A stretch of 62,881 bases of DNA, filler included, from Octopus bimaculoides (Eukaryota): NCBI RefSeq assembly GCF_001194135.2. It is 5 parts of 4 records of this genome, joined end to end, with 100 filler letters (N's around TTAATTAATTAA, not from the genome) between each part and the next. Parts side by side here need not be neighbours in the genome. Positions count along the whole stretch, not along the records: positions 1 to 26,985 come from NC_068981.1; 4 more parts are not named here. The stretch is one strand, 5' to 3'. Numbering within the stretch: the first letter of the stretch is position 1; every line of letters begins with the position of its first letter. Positions 1 through 12,750 of this stretch are shown here, one piece after another. A program made the position numbers and the translations under genes. The notes beneath the pieces are model-generated. The model made no database searches. It was not told where the DNA came from and saw only the letters and a program-made list of their open reading frames with translations.

Positions 1-95
1 TCCGTGTCCAATCGTATTGCACCTGCAATGACTGAACAGCTGGGTTGGAAGACGGCAGCAGATACGATACGGCTGAAACAAAAGCTTCACCACCA

Positions 96-134
<39 letters not shown>

Positions 135-848
135 ATGCACACACACCTACGCACTCACATACAAAGTGGGAGAGAAGGCGATAGAGAGAGAGAAGAAGAG
201 TGAGGTGGGTGGTAGAGAGATGGGTAGAGAGTGCGGCTGATAGACATACAGGAACAAAGCAGAGGAAGCTTGAGACAGATGGACTGAGAGAATTGCACAC
301 GCACAGAAACACACTATCTACTATCAGCTTCAAAATGATATACATACACACACACACACACACACCCACGCACGCACACCTACGCACACACACACAGAGA
401 CGAACACACACACACAAACGCGCGTGCGTGTGTGTTTGTGTATATTTACACAGAGAGAAACCTATATGCATGTACACACACATATATACATGCACACAAT
501 TAGACAAAGGAACGAGCCAATGAATGAGCTTTTAAGCAATCGCTTCACCGTCTAGAAATGGTAGCTAAATCTACCTCAACACTGTAACCAACTTAAAGAA
601 AAGCAAAACAAAAAAAAACCTGGAATGGAGGAAAGGACATAAATGCAGTTTTTGGTGCAGCTAGAATTTCTTTGATCATAGGTCTGCTCTGACATGAGGT
701 AACCAAGGGTTAAACAGCGGCAGCAGCCACAACAAAGAAAAAAGTACACATCTTCGACATCATATAGACGGACCAACAAAGGAGTCTTTTTGGCATATAG
801 AAGAACAGCCAAGTTTGGGACTTTCTTATTGGCTCGTAATTTGATAAG

Positions 849-1063
849 AGCAGCGAGTTCGCAGAATCGTTAGCACGTCGGGTTAAATGCTTAGCACCAT
901 TTCGTCTGTCTATACGTTCTGAGTTCAAATTCTGCCGGGCTCGACTTTGCTTTATATCCTTTCGGAGTCGATAAAATACGCACCAGTTGAAGAGTGTGAT
1001 CAGTTTAATTGACTTAGTCTATCCCCCATACCTGCAGGCCTTGTGGCAAAAATTGAAACCAAT
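849..1063 (+). mobile_element. tRNA-derived SINE, family A (diverged, near full length)
   Basis: Head gcagaatcgttagcacg, B-box-like gagttcaaattc, body tttgcttt.tcctttcgg.gtcgataaaata, tail ccttgtggcaaaaattgaaaccaat; matches at least 10 other copies in the window. Confidence 0.85.
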
Positions 1064-1072
1064 CTGATGATT

Positions 1073-1113
<41 letters not shown>

Positions 1114-1202
1114 CGAGAGAGAGAGAGATGGAGATGATGAGGCTTAACAAAAAGAGAGCTTATGGTTGTCTATTCAAATATATTGTCTATCCTTACAATA
1201 AA

Positions 1203-1336
1203 GAGATCTTTTTGGTTTGACGGGCAACACTTGTTTTCTTAACGAAACACTTTCAAACTTGGGATAGTGTTTCGGTACCAAAAACACTACATAAAACATA
1301 AATGAAAAATGTTGCCCGTCAAACCAAAAAGATCCC
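1203..1336. mobile_element. 134-bp MITE with 27-bp TIRs and 6-bp TSD (AATAAA)
   Basis: gagatctttttggtttgacgggcaaca (1203-1229) is the reverse complement of tgttgcccgtcaaaccaaaaagatccc (1310-1336) at 26/27; aataaa flanks both sides (1197-1202, 1337-1342). Confidence 0.8.
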
Positions 1337-1369
1337 AATAAAGACAAAATAAGCTTTATTGGTGATGTA

Positions 1370-1551
1370 CTGTATTTAATGACATATGAGAGACTTTAAA
1401 AAAAAATTCCCCAAACTCACATCGGGTCTTATATGCGAAGTTGGGTCTCTCATAAGCTCTGAGGCATTAAAAACTGTTTCCCTCGAATATATGCTGCTGA
1501 AATTGCGGTGCATCTAATATAACCATGTGTCTTTCATACCATTAAACACTG
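1370..1551. mobile_element. Decayed pogo/Tigger-like MITE
   Basis: TA|ctgtatttaatg...cattaaacactg|TA imperfect TIRs with TA flanks; internal gggtcttatatgcg motif resembles Tigger-type MITEs. Confidence 0.5.
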
Positions 1552-2559
1552 TAATTAATGAAAACAGTAGTGCTGAATAAAATGTTTTCAGTTATGTCCC
1601 TTGACGGATTGTTTCCTTTCTTGCCATGCTTGGTTTTGCCTCGCCCCCGCTTGGGGACAAAAAAATGAACACCAACTAAGAGCTGGTAACTATCTAACAG
1701 ATTTATATAACTAACCTTACTAAAAACAAACGTGGCTGTGTGCCTATGTTAGAAATCATTAGTTTGTTGCTTCACTGTTAATTTCTTATTTCGTCGCATT
1801 CAATTACATTAGCGCCAATCAATCGCTGGGTTGGTTTCAGACACCGTTTCCTAAAATGTGCAACCTTGTGATGTGTTTACCTGTTGCATCATAAAAGTTT
1901 TTCCTTTCTCATCCAATACATCTCTCTATTTCTGATTTTCTTTTTTGCTTTGTTTTTTTTTTTGCTTGATTTTCTACAATATGACTGGATTTTGGGGTAC
2001 CTACCTATTCATATCAGTTATTTTCAGGTTTGGCGCGGAAGAACCTGTATGTGACTCACTGCATAACACCTAACTAACCAATCGTGTTTGTAGATATATC
2101 TTTGAGGATTAGTCAGCCGGATTATTTGCTCACGTCTGCAATTGACGTTAACCTCTCTTCTTTAACCATAATTTAGGTAATTACTGATCACTAGACACTG
2201 GACGGCGAGGGTGTTCAGATTTTTATAAATGCGTGTGTGTGTGTGTGTGCATGTTTACTTTTTTTTTCTAATATTTTGTCTAAATCTAAACTTTTTAACT
2301 CATTGCACTTAACATCTCGTTTGCTCGTTATTGTTTTCTTATAAGCGGTGACACGTTCTTTGTAATTCCGTATTTTCAGTCTCTTTTTGTTTGCTTCTAA
2401 GTAGGTTTACAGTCACATTATTACTTTGCAATAGTTCTCTACATGTATAAAGGCCACTTTTATCATAGTGCGGAATTAGGAACGATATGGATAGGTTTCT
2501 AAGTTCTTTCAGGTTTATTGTATTAAAGATATATATTTTTTTTGACTGGAATCTCACCG

Positions 2560-2855
2560 TGGCACTCCGTCGGTTACGATGACGAGGGTTCCAGTTGATC
2601 CGATCAACGGAACAGCCTACTCGTGAAATTAACGTGCAAGTGGCTGAGCACTCCACAGACACGTGTACCCTTTTCGTAGTTCTCGGGGATATTCAGCGTG
2701 ACACAGTGAGACAAAGCTGACCCTTTGAATTACAGGCACAACAGAGACAGAAAGTAAGAGTGAGAGAAAGTTGTAGTAAAAGAATACAACAGGGTTCGCC
2801 ACCACACCCTGCCGGAGCCTCGTGGAGCTTTAGGTGTTTTCGTTCAATTAACACT
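2560..2855 (-). mobile_element. SINE family B (5' part lost in gap)
   Basis: Reverse complement of the 26201-26583 and 51430-51800 copies, including the tail ggaaccctcgtcatcgtaaccgacggagtgcc. Confidence 0.9.
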
Positions 2856-3171
2856 NNNNNNNNNNNNNNNNNNNNNNNNNNNNNNNNNNNNNNNNNNNNN
2901 NNNNNNNNNNNNNNNNNNNNNNNNNNNNNNNNNNNNNNNNNNNNNNNNNNNNNNNNNNNNNNNNNNNNNNNNNNNNNNNNNNNNNNNNNNNNNNNNNNNN
3001 NNNNNNNNNNNNNNNNNNNNNNNNNNNNNNNNNNNNNNNNNNNNNNNNNNNNNNNNNNNNNNNNNNNNNNNNNNNNNNNNNNNNNNNNNNNNNNNNNNNN
3101 NNNNNNNNNNNNNNNNNNNNNNNNNNNNNNNCCTTGTGCCAAAATTTGAAATCAATATTCGCCGAAATTAT

Positions 3172-3361
3172 GTAGCGAACTGGCAGAATCGTTGGCACAC
3201 GGGGTAAAACGCTTAGTGACATTTCGTCCGTTTTTACGTTCTGAGTTCAAATGCTGTCGAGATCAATAGAATAAGCACCAGTTGAGAATTGGGGTTGATG
3301 TAGTCGACTAACCCGCTACCCCAAAACTGCTGGCCTTGTGCCAAAATTTGAAATCAATATT
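3172..3361 (+). mobile_element. SINE family A, internally deleted, preceded by the tail of another copy (3132-3159)
   Basis: ctggcagaatcgttggcac...gagttcaaat...ccttgtgccaaaatttgaaatcaatatt; the same 28-bp tail occurs at 3132-3159. Confidence 0.8.
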
Positions 3362-3800
3362 TGTCTCATTTTTTTCCTGAAGTACTTCTAATTGTCTCTT
3401 TTAATTTTTGTTGTATCATCAGTTTAATCTGTTGTCTTTAAAGGAGGTCGACTCGTGATCAAAGGCTTTTCAGCTTATTTTAATTCTCTCTACATTATGT
3501 AATGTGCCTTTCCGACACAGTAGTCTTGGATTCGTGGAAGATTTGATTGCTCTTTCTAACAAGCCGAATGTCCACATAAAAGCTCTCGTTAGATCATCTA
3601 CTCCAAAGTACTTGTATGGATGTTTTTTTTGTTTTTTTTTTTCTAATTTTCTAATTTCTACGTAAAATATCTTCAAATTTTAATTAATTTTCTTTTTAGG
3701 TTTTTCTCTTCTTAGATGAAACTGTCCAAATTACACATTAATATTTGATATCATAACTGAATTTTTTCTAGTTTTCAGTAGGTTCTGCAGCTGGTTTATC

Positions 3801-3942
3801 AAACTTAAATTCTGCGAAGGTCTTCGTTGCCTTTCATCCTTTTAGGGTCAATAGAATAAGTACCAGTTGAGCACTAATAATTTCGAGGGAGGAGTGATAA
3901 GTCGAAATTATTAGTTTTGTGCCAAAATTTGAAATCAATATT
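3801..3942 (+). mobile_element. SINE family A, 5'-truncated
   Basis: ttgcctttcatccttttagggtcaatagaataagtaccagttgagcact...gtgccaaaatttgaaatcaatatt. Confidence 0.75.
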
Positions 3943-4178
3943 AATCTGAAATATTTAAAGAGAAAAGTGAAAAACTATTCTGGGTCACGCCTTACTTTTC
4001 TTATCTGTGATTTTTAGTACTATACGAGTACGTCTATAAAGAGATTTTCTTCAGGACGAAAAACCGGAGCTTGTGGTTTTAAACGCCACGTACGTTAAGC
4101 ATGTGTTATTGGAATATTTACATTATAGAACCGTTTCTATTGCATGATATGAACACACATACACACACACACATGTAT

Positions 4179-4382
4179 ATTGGTTTCAAATTTTGGCACA
4201 AGGCCAGCAAGTTCGGGGAAGGGACTAAGTCGACTCCGGTGCTCAACTGATACTTATTTTATCAACCCCGAAAGGATGAAAGGCAAGGTTCGTCTAGGCG
4301 GAATTTGAACTCAAAGCGTAAAGACTGACGAAATGCTGCAAAGCATTTTTCCCGGAGTGCTAACGAGTCTACCAGTTCGTCG

Positions 4383-4386
<4 letters not shown>
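4179..4386 (-). mobile_element. SINE family A
   Basis: Reverse complement of the family A consensus; runs into a (CA)n/(TACA)n/(CAGA)n compound microsatellite at 4387-4530. Confidence 0.85.
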
Positions 4387-4429
<43 letters not shown>

Positions 4430-4497
4430 ACGTACATACGTACATACATACGTACATACATACATACATACATACATACATACATACATACATACAT

Positions 4498-4530
<33 letters not shown>

Positions 4531-6309
4531 TAGACAAATAGACAGGCAGATGAATGTATAGGTAGATATAGATATCTTCACTGTGACGTCGTCTGTCTGT
4601 ATTGTTGCACTGATGCACTGGAAGAATATTTTGCTATTTTTCAATACAAGATCAGAGGGAGACATTGAGAGAAATCGAAGTTTTGTGGGTTAACATGGTT
4701 CACTATGTCAGGCTTATCATTATTATACTCTTGTTTTATTGTTTATATCATTATTGTTCTACTATTAATTTATTTTGATCTCAGGATATTTGTATCTATT
4801 TCATGCGATATGATATCCACAATATTTTGTATCATTGCTTTCCGTTCCTCTGATGTTCTTCGTCTGCTGCTCTTGAACCGATAAAGTAACCGTTGTTGTT
4901 GTTGGTGGTGGTGTTGTTGTTGTTGTTGTTGTTGTTGTTACTGCTGCCGCTGTTGCTGCTCTATCAGTTTCGCGTGTGGAAAATTCCCACTTTTGGAAAT
5001 ATCTCTACACTGATCATGTTACCCCATTTTCGCTCATATCAAAGTTTCAGTTATTAGGCGTGGGTGAACTTGCTGGCTGTGTTGTTTGATCGATGGAATG
5101 TGTAAATCATTGCGCCACACTACGCTGATGTCATTTACCTTATGATATGAGGTGAGACAGAGTGGAATCTTCAAATTTACTTATTTTAGCACGTCTGACG
5201 TGATCTGAAGTAGAAATTATAAAGAAAATATCGAATTTTCTCATGCTTAGTCTCATCAGTCTTACATACACTGATATACCCCGTGTCATCAAAATTCCAA
5301 ATTCTGACAGGACTGAGGTCATCGAGTTCTAAAATTCTGACAAGCCAGGTGTCCTTAGAATGGCATATTTTGGTTGGTCCTAAGTCATTGTGTCATTAAA
5401 ATTCCTGGTAGTCACGATTTTAATTCAGTGTAATCTGATACTTGTTGACTATTTTCATCGATTGCTGAATGACGAGGTGAAAGGCAAAAGTAGAGCCTGG
5501 TTTAGGAGAGGTGAAACGAACACAGAACGCAGATGGACTAAATACTAAATACCACAAGATACATTGTCTGACACATTAATGTTTCCGCTAATGTCTATAA
5601 AAATATGTCGCTGTGTTACTGTTATGAAGTAACATTACATGATTTTATGATTATAGAGTGGTGCAGACGATGGGTATCTAAACTGAAATGTCTCATTGTA
5701 TTTAGTTCAATTTATGTTTGAATTTCCAATCTTGTTGGGTTTTACTTTTTTTTTCAAGTCTCCGGCGGAGATGAAACAGAGTCGTGTGGCACGTGCCAGT
5801 ATCTGTCCAGTTAACTATATCCATTCTTTACAAATGTTTGTTTAACTTGAAATAAATTCATAGTACCAAACAAAAATGTATAATTACTCGATCTGTTGAA
5901 ACAGTTGCCAGTTTTACTTCAAATTGCACTCTACAATCTGAAATGTGGGATAAAATTCTCACGCATACATACAAAACACACGCACACATATGGTAGATTA
6001 TATATACTCTGTAAACATATATCAATATATCAACATACACATAATATTTAGTTTATTCATCCAAATATGTACACACGTGCGCACACATACATACATTTGA
6101 GTTTACAAAGAAGGAAGAAAATACTCAGGACATAAGGAAAGTCTAAGTAGAGACTAATTATCTGCAATATTTTAGTGCTGAGATCGCTGTCTGTTACAGT
6201 AAACGACTCAGGTATCAGTATTGTTGGGTTGTTCATATATATATATATATATCGTTTTGGGATTTGGTTTGCAAGATTTTTTATGTGATTTCGTGTGTTG
6301 AAGCATATT

Positions 6310-6537
6310 CTGTTGTGTCTGGGGAGAGTCATTTTCTTATTGTGCCTTAAAATTTAACACACTCACCGGTAAAATTTCCACTTATTTCTTATTTTTATTT
6401 TCCTAAAATTTTCGTTGCGTCTTGCAACCTTTTCGAAAATTTTAGGAAAATAAAAATAAGAAATAAGTGGAAATTTTACCGGTGAGTGTGTTAAATTTAA
6501 GGCACAATAAGAAAATGACTCTCCCCAGAAACAACAG
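6310..6537. repeat. Near-perfect palindrome: ~105-bp arms, 19-nt loop
   Basis: 6310-6414 is the reverse complement of 6434-6537 with 1 substitution and 1 single-base indel; the centre holds a small hairpin gttgc-gtctt-gcaac. Confidence 0.95.
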
Positions 6538-6569
<32 letters not shown>

Positions 6570-6629
6570 TATATATATACATATATCAAAGTCTGTATGT
6601 AAAGTTATATATATGCATATTTCTCTCTC

Positions 6630-6670
<41 letters not shown>

Positions 6671-6834
6671 GAAGGCGCATGGCTTAGTGGTTAGGAACAT
6701 TCGGCTCACAATCGCAAGGTCGTGAGTTCAATTCCTGGCGACTTGTTCTGCCCTTTGAGCAAGACACTTTATTTCATGAGCAGGTTCTTCTGTTGATCAG
6801 ATCAACTGGAACTCTTGTCATCGTCGTAACCGAT
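6671..6834 (+). mobile_element. SINE family C (tRNA head + CORE-like segment) with internal deletion joining it to the shared tail
   Basis: ggcgcatggcttagtggttag...gagttcaattcc...ttgagcaagacactttatttca|tgagcagg...gatcaactggaac; junction at a TTTCA microhomology relative to the full copy at 44142-44477. Confidence 0.8.
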
Positions 6835-6928
6835 ATGTATATATTCAAACTATAGTCGTCATTCGGAACTGGATATGATTTGGTCAAACAAAGATACCTT
6901 CTCTCAAGCACAAATTCTTGATTCAAAA

Positions 6929-7034
6929 GGCGGCGAGCTGGTAGAAACGTTATCATGCCGAACAAAATGCTTAGCGATATTTCGTCTGAGTTCAAATTCT
7001 ACCGAGGTCGACTTTGCCTTTCATCCTTTCGGGG
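6929..7034 (+). mobile_element. SINE family A, 5' half
   Basis: ggcggcgagctggtagaaacgtta...gagttcaaattctaccgaggtcgactttgcctttcatcctttcgggg, then a gap. Confidence 0.85.
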
Positions 7035-7920
7035 NNNNNNNNNNGATTCATCGGCCATCCAGCTACAAAGACTGCTAGACTTCGGTTGTTTGTTGCGACA
7101 TCTTTCTCAATGAAAGAAAACTCTGATGTAACACGTCGGCTTCGTTTGCATCCAATGATGCATACAAGTTTATTTTTTGTGGGTGTGGAAGATATGAATG
7201 CATACGTTGTTTAGAGAGTGGAACTGGCTCTCTACAAGGCCTTTCCTCACTTTAAATGGCTTCACGCACAGGCATCACTTGATTTTTTAATATCCCTTTT
7301 ATACGTTACATTCTTTGTCAGGCCGTAGCTTAAAGAGACAGAACAGTCAGCAAAACAGTTCATGATGGAATGGAAGCATATGTCAGCGTGGGTGGTAAGC
7401 TCCCTGAATACTTATGGCAAAAGGTGCCAACCGTTGCCGTGTCTATGAAAAAGAGTGTAAGTTTATAGCAGTACTGAACAGCTACATATGTGATGCTCAT
7501 ACTAAAAGAAATCCAATTACAGCCATCAAGTGCTCGCGCGTGTATGTGTGTGCGTGCGTCTGTGCCTCTGTGTGTGTGTGTGTATGTGTGTGTGTGTGTA
7601 TGTGTGTGTGTGTGTGCGTGCGTGTATGTGTGTGTATGTGCGTCTGTGCGTGCGTGCGTGCGTATGTTGTTTCCATCCACGCAGTCGGGCGTAGCAATGG
7701 TATTCCATCAAACGCACGGCCGACATGCTAGGTCCGCAGGACTAAAACCATATGATTTGAGATTACCAATGACATTAATACGTCAAACATCTTGTCCGAG
7801 CAGCTATGCCTGAGCTAACGCAGCCAGCCGGAAATTCTGGGTAGCGTACGAACAAAGTACCAACATCACGCGCGCACCATTTTAAGTGTATGTGTGTCTG
7901 TGTGTGCTCGCGCATGTATA

Positions 7921-7965
<45 letters not shown>

Positions 7966-8959
7966 GAGATAAGGAGGGAGAGAGAGTATGTGTTGGTGTA
8001 TGTGTATTGGTGTGTATTGGTGTGTGTGTGTGTGTGTGTGTGGATGCATGCGAAAGTGTCTAGATTTGCTTCTGCGCAGTATGTGATCCGTTGAAATTTG
8101 AGAATTATCCTCTGCTTACGAGAGGAATGGTAAGCAAGTGTGACTAAAAAACATTGTTGATACGATTCATCATATTCTTTAATATCCATTCTTCCTGTTG
8201 ATATAATGAATATTATTACACATTTATGTGTAATTTTCCCTCATTTTTGGTGTATACATATATTTACGTGTACATGCCAGTATATGTGTATGTGTGTATG
8301 TGTGTATGCATGCATTTGTGTAAGCAGGAAGCGCATGAACGCTCCAAAATGCTTATTCATATACTGTACTCTAAATGTACATACACACACGTGTATACAC
8401 TTACACACACACACACATACACGCACAAGTGCAGCCAACCTATCGAAGTTTCACCAAACGTAATAAAAAAAGACAAGACCGACGAGCCAATGCTGCCTCC
8501 ACGTGGTCACTTTTTCTGCTACAGACAACAGCCAAATCTCACTCAAATTGCATCATAAGGTCTTAAAAATGGAAGGTCAGAATAAAACCAAAGCCGATCA
8601 TCAAGGAATGCTCAAACAAACTAAGAAACCAAGCAATAGAACAATGCAGATACAAATACAACGCAACAAATACACTATCATTAAAAATACACAAGTCGCA
8701 TGAATCATATACATACAATTGAAGAGAGGAACGTATTACAATGTATCTTCATAAAGCAAAATGCATTGCAAGGGACCATAAACTAACACTAATAATATAC
8801 TACAATTTCACTAAAATTTAAAACTTTCTTATCAATAACCAGCCACAGACGTGTAAACCTATAGACAAGGTATTTATAACCTATATGCTTTATAAATGCG
8901 ATTACAAACGTAGTAAACTTCATGACTCCAACTATTATATAAATCATACAAGTATTACA

Positions 8960-9270
8960 CTCTCCCGCCAAATTGCAAAATTGAACAATTGCAATCCACT
9001 ACGTCACACAACACAAGACAAAACTTCAATGTGCACTAGCTACCTGTCTCGTTAGTCACTCATTTTAGAATGAAATGCAACAGCAAAAGACATGACAGCG
9101 AACGAAACATGCTCTTCTGATTGGTCCGCAAAGTTCTAGTGTTGGCGTGATGTGACTTCAGGAGTAAGTTAATCGGAAGGCTCATATAATTCCTGTCAAA
9201 AGGGAAAGTCTACCCAAATCTAATCTCTATATAAACCACAACACAAACGCCAAATTTATTCACTTCAGTT
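8960..9270 (+). promoter_or_regulatory. Candidate Pol II promoter (motif cluster)
   Basis: E2F-like ctcccgccaaa 8962-8972, CRE half-site tacgtca 9000-9006, inverted CCAAT 9120-9124, TATATAAA 9228-9235, and Inr-like tcacttc ~32 nt downstream, all in repeat-free sequence. Motif evidence only. Confidence 0.25.
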
Positions 9271-9499
9271 CTTGAAAATGAGAATGTGAAAGTCTAGAAA
9301 CATCGGTTATGGATTTAGGAGCTCTACTGTTCCAAACCAACCGTAAAAAGTTAATAGGGAAATATGAGAAATATAAAATAAGGTAAAACTTGCGTATAAT
9401 TGTATTCTTAGTAAAAGATGCATATGTATATACATAGGTGTATATACATATGTATACACAAATATTTGTGTGTGTATATATATATATATATTTATATAT

Positions 9500-10535
<1,036 letters not shown>

Positions 10536-10829
10536 GCATGAGAATACATACATAAAACAAAACATACAAATCCGCACGTATACATGCATACATGCATATA
10601 TGCATACATACATACCCTGTTGTTGATGTTGAAATTCCAATGAAGGAGACTTGGATCTAGATTAGAAACCGGTTCTTTCTCTGTTGGAAACAAATCTTAA
10701 AATAAAACTGAATAATGACATGTATGCATACATACATACATACATACATACATACATACATACATACATACATACATACATACATACGTGTGTTTTTGTA
10801 CAATGTGTGCATATACATGTGTGTGTATG

Positions 10830-10864
<35 letters not shown>

Positions 10865-11729
10865 TAATTGAGAGAAACAGAGAGGGAGACAGATAGACAA
10901 GAACAATGTATGAAGCACAAACAGACGGACACAATTACATATGGATATGTGATAAATAAAATAAAATATTACAGAAAGACACAGTATTCCGTATTTTGCA
11001 TCCACGCGTTTCGAAATCAAAAGCGACCAACCTAAATACTATAAAGCATCTAGTCCGGCGCTGTACTGCTTTTTGACACTGGAAAAGTCTTTATTACAAT
11101 TCCAAGGTCACATTAACACATTATTAAGCGTGAACAGCATTCATATAAGTACTTGTCCATATTGCTTCCTCGAGCTAGCGGATTAAACAAATCTTCTGAG
11201 CCGATTAAGACAATGTACTATTTTATAAACAAATTGTTAACTGACATTATTTTATTTTTCTTACCCATTTTTTTTGCTTTCTTTTTGTTTTTGCTACAAA
11301 ATAATTATCTGAACTCTTACATGCTTTTATTATTTATATTTTATTTTTTAAAGGTGATGAATTCATGCAAGGCCAGAGATCAAGGAGAAACGTGAATACT
11401 CGTTCAAATCGATCAGTACTTTACCTTACTGGAAATTCATTTTATCGAATATTGGAAGGATTAAAGACAAACTTGATCTCCAAGTTAACAAAGAAAAAAC
11501 TTTGTATGTTGTAACATAACACTTATAAGATACTTACACTCGTACGCTCTAACGAATATATCAACTCTGATAACTACTCTTGTAAAAGTAAATATCCCAA
11601 AAGATGAGTTTAATTAGCCATAAAATTATAAACTTATTAACAATAGCTCATTTTAATATGGAGGAATTTGAACTACGTTTCGTAGTTTGCTACCTCAACA
11701 GCTCCTTTATAGGATCCAGTTAGCTCAAG

Positions 11730-12750
11730 ACACCATCAGGAGGTACCACGTCCGGTTTCAGCCCCTACTCCTCTACCGTTTTGACGTGGCCGGCTCTTGC
11801 TTCTTGCGTCGCTCCGACTATATCGGCGTGTCTTAGTATTCCGATCGCCCGGTTTACTACCTCTTCCGCATTCCATTTCCTCCCTGTTCGTACCTTTGGA
11901 GGGTTTTCTCGGATGCTCTGATCTTTTGAATACCTTAGCATCATTACTGTCCTTGCCTTTCCTGCCTTATATTCTTCGGCGATTGATGTCATTGGAAGTT
12001 GCAGCACGGGTTTCCCATATAGGGCAGTTGTATTCAGTGGTTTCGGCAGACCAAACCATTTTCTGATAAACACACTGCATCTTTGTTCCATCCTTACTTA
12101 TTTTTTTTTATTGCCCACAAGGGGCTAAACATAGAAGGGACAAACAAGGACAGACAAACGGATTAAGTCGATTATATTGACCCCGAGCGTAACTGGTACT
12201 TAATTAATCGACCCCGAAAGGATGAAAGGCAAAGTCGACCTCGGCGGAATTTGAACTCAGGACGTAACGACAGACGAAATACCGCTAAGCATTTCGCCCG
12301 GCGTGCTAACGTTTCTGCCACCTCACTGCCTTCCATCCTTTCTACTCTACTCGCGGCTATTTCGTACATTTGCAATGGCCACATTATCCTTGGGTACAGT
12401 CCAAATTGCAGTATCCAACATTTGAATTTTCCCGGTAGTGTTGTTCTGTCAATTGCCTTTAATCCTTGTTCTACTAACTCGTGTGTCTCTTTCCCTTGCT
12501 TCTTATCATTTAATAAGTCTCTATACCATATGCCGAGACTCTACTGGTTGTTCTTTCACCGTTGGTATGTCTTCACCTCCTATCCTGAATTTCACTTATT
12601 CTTGCACTCCTTTCACGAAAGCCACGCTTCGAGATTTTTTGGCTTTGAATTTCATTCTTGCCCATCCTATCAGTTCGTCCAACCGCTCTTACGTTCCCTT
12701 TGCTGCTTCTCTACTTTCCGATAGTACAGTGACGTCGTCCATAAAAGCCT
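11730..12750 (-). mobile_element. Non-LTR retrotransposon relic (RLE-type, HERO/NeSL-like): RT C-terminal half and thumb, split by a SINE
   Basis: Minus-strand translation: (F)MDDVTVL..ERLDELIGWARMKFKAKKSRS...LPGKFKCWILQFGLYPRIMWPLQMYEIAASRVERME|QRCSVFIRKWFGLPKPLNTTALYG..LQLPMTSIAEEYKAGKAR..VRTGRKWNAEE..DIVGATQEARAG; contains stops and a frameshift. Confidence 0.8.
12096..12330 (-). mobile_element. Full-length SINE family A with 10-bp TSD, inserted in the LINE ORF
   Basis: TSD ttccatcctt at 12086-12095 and 12331-12340; removing the SINE restores VERMEQRC; A-rich tail. Confidence 0.95.

Noticed and set aside
5224-5264. Minus-strand hammerhead-like string (aaga-CUGAUGA-...-GAAA-...UUU-ucuu)
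   Set aside because: The segment between CUGAUGA and GAAA (gactaagcatga) cannot form stem II and the triplet would be UUU; likely chance.
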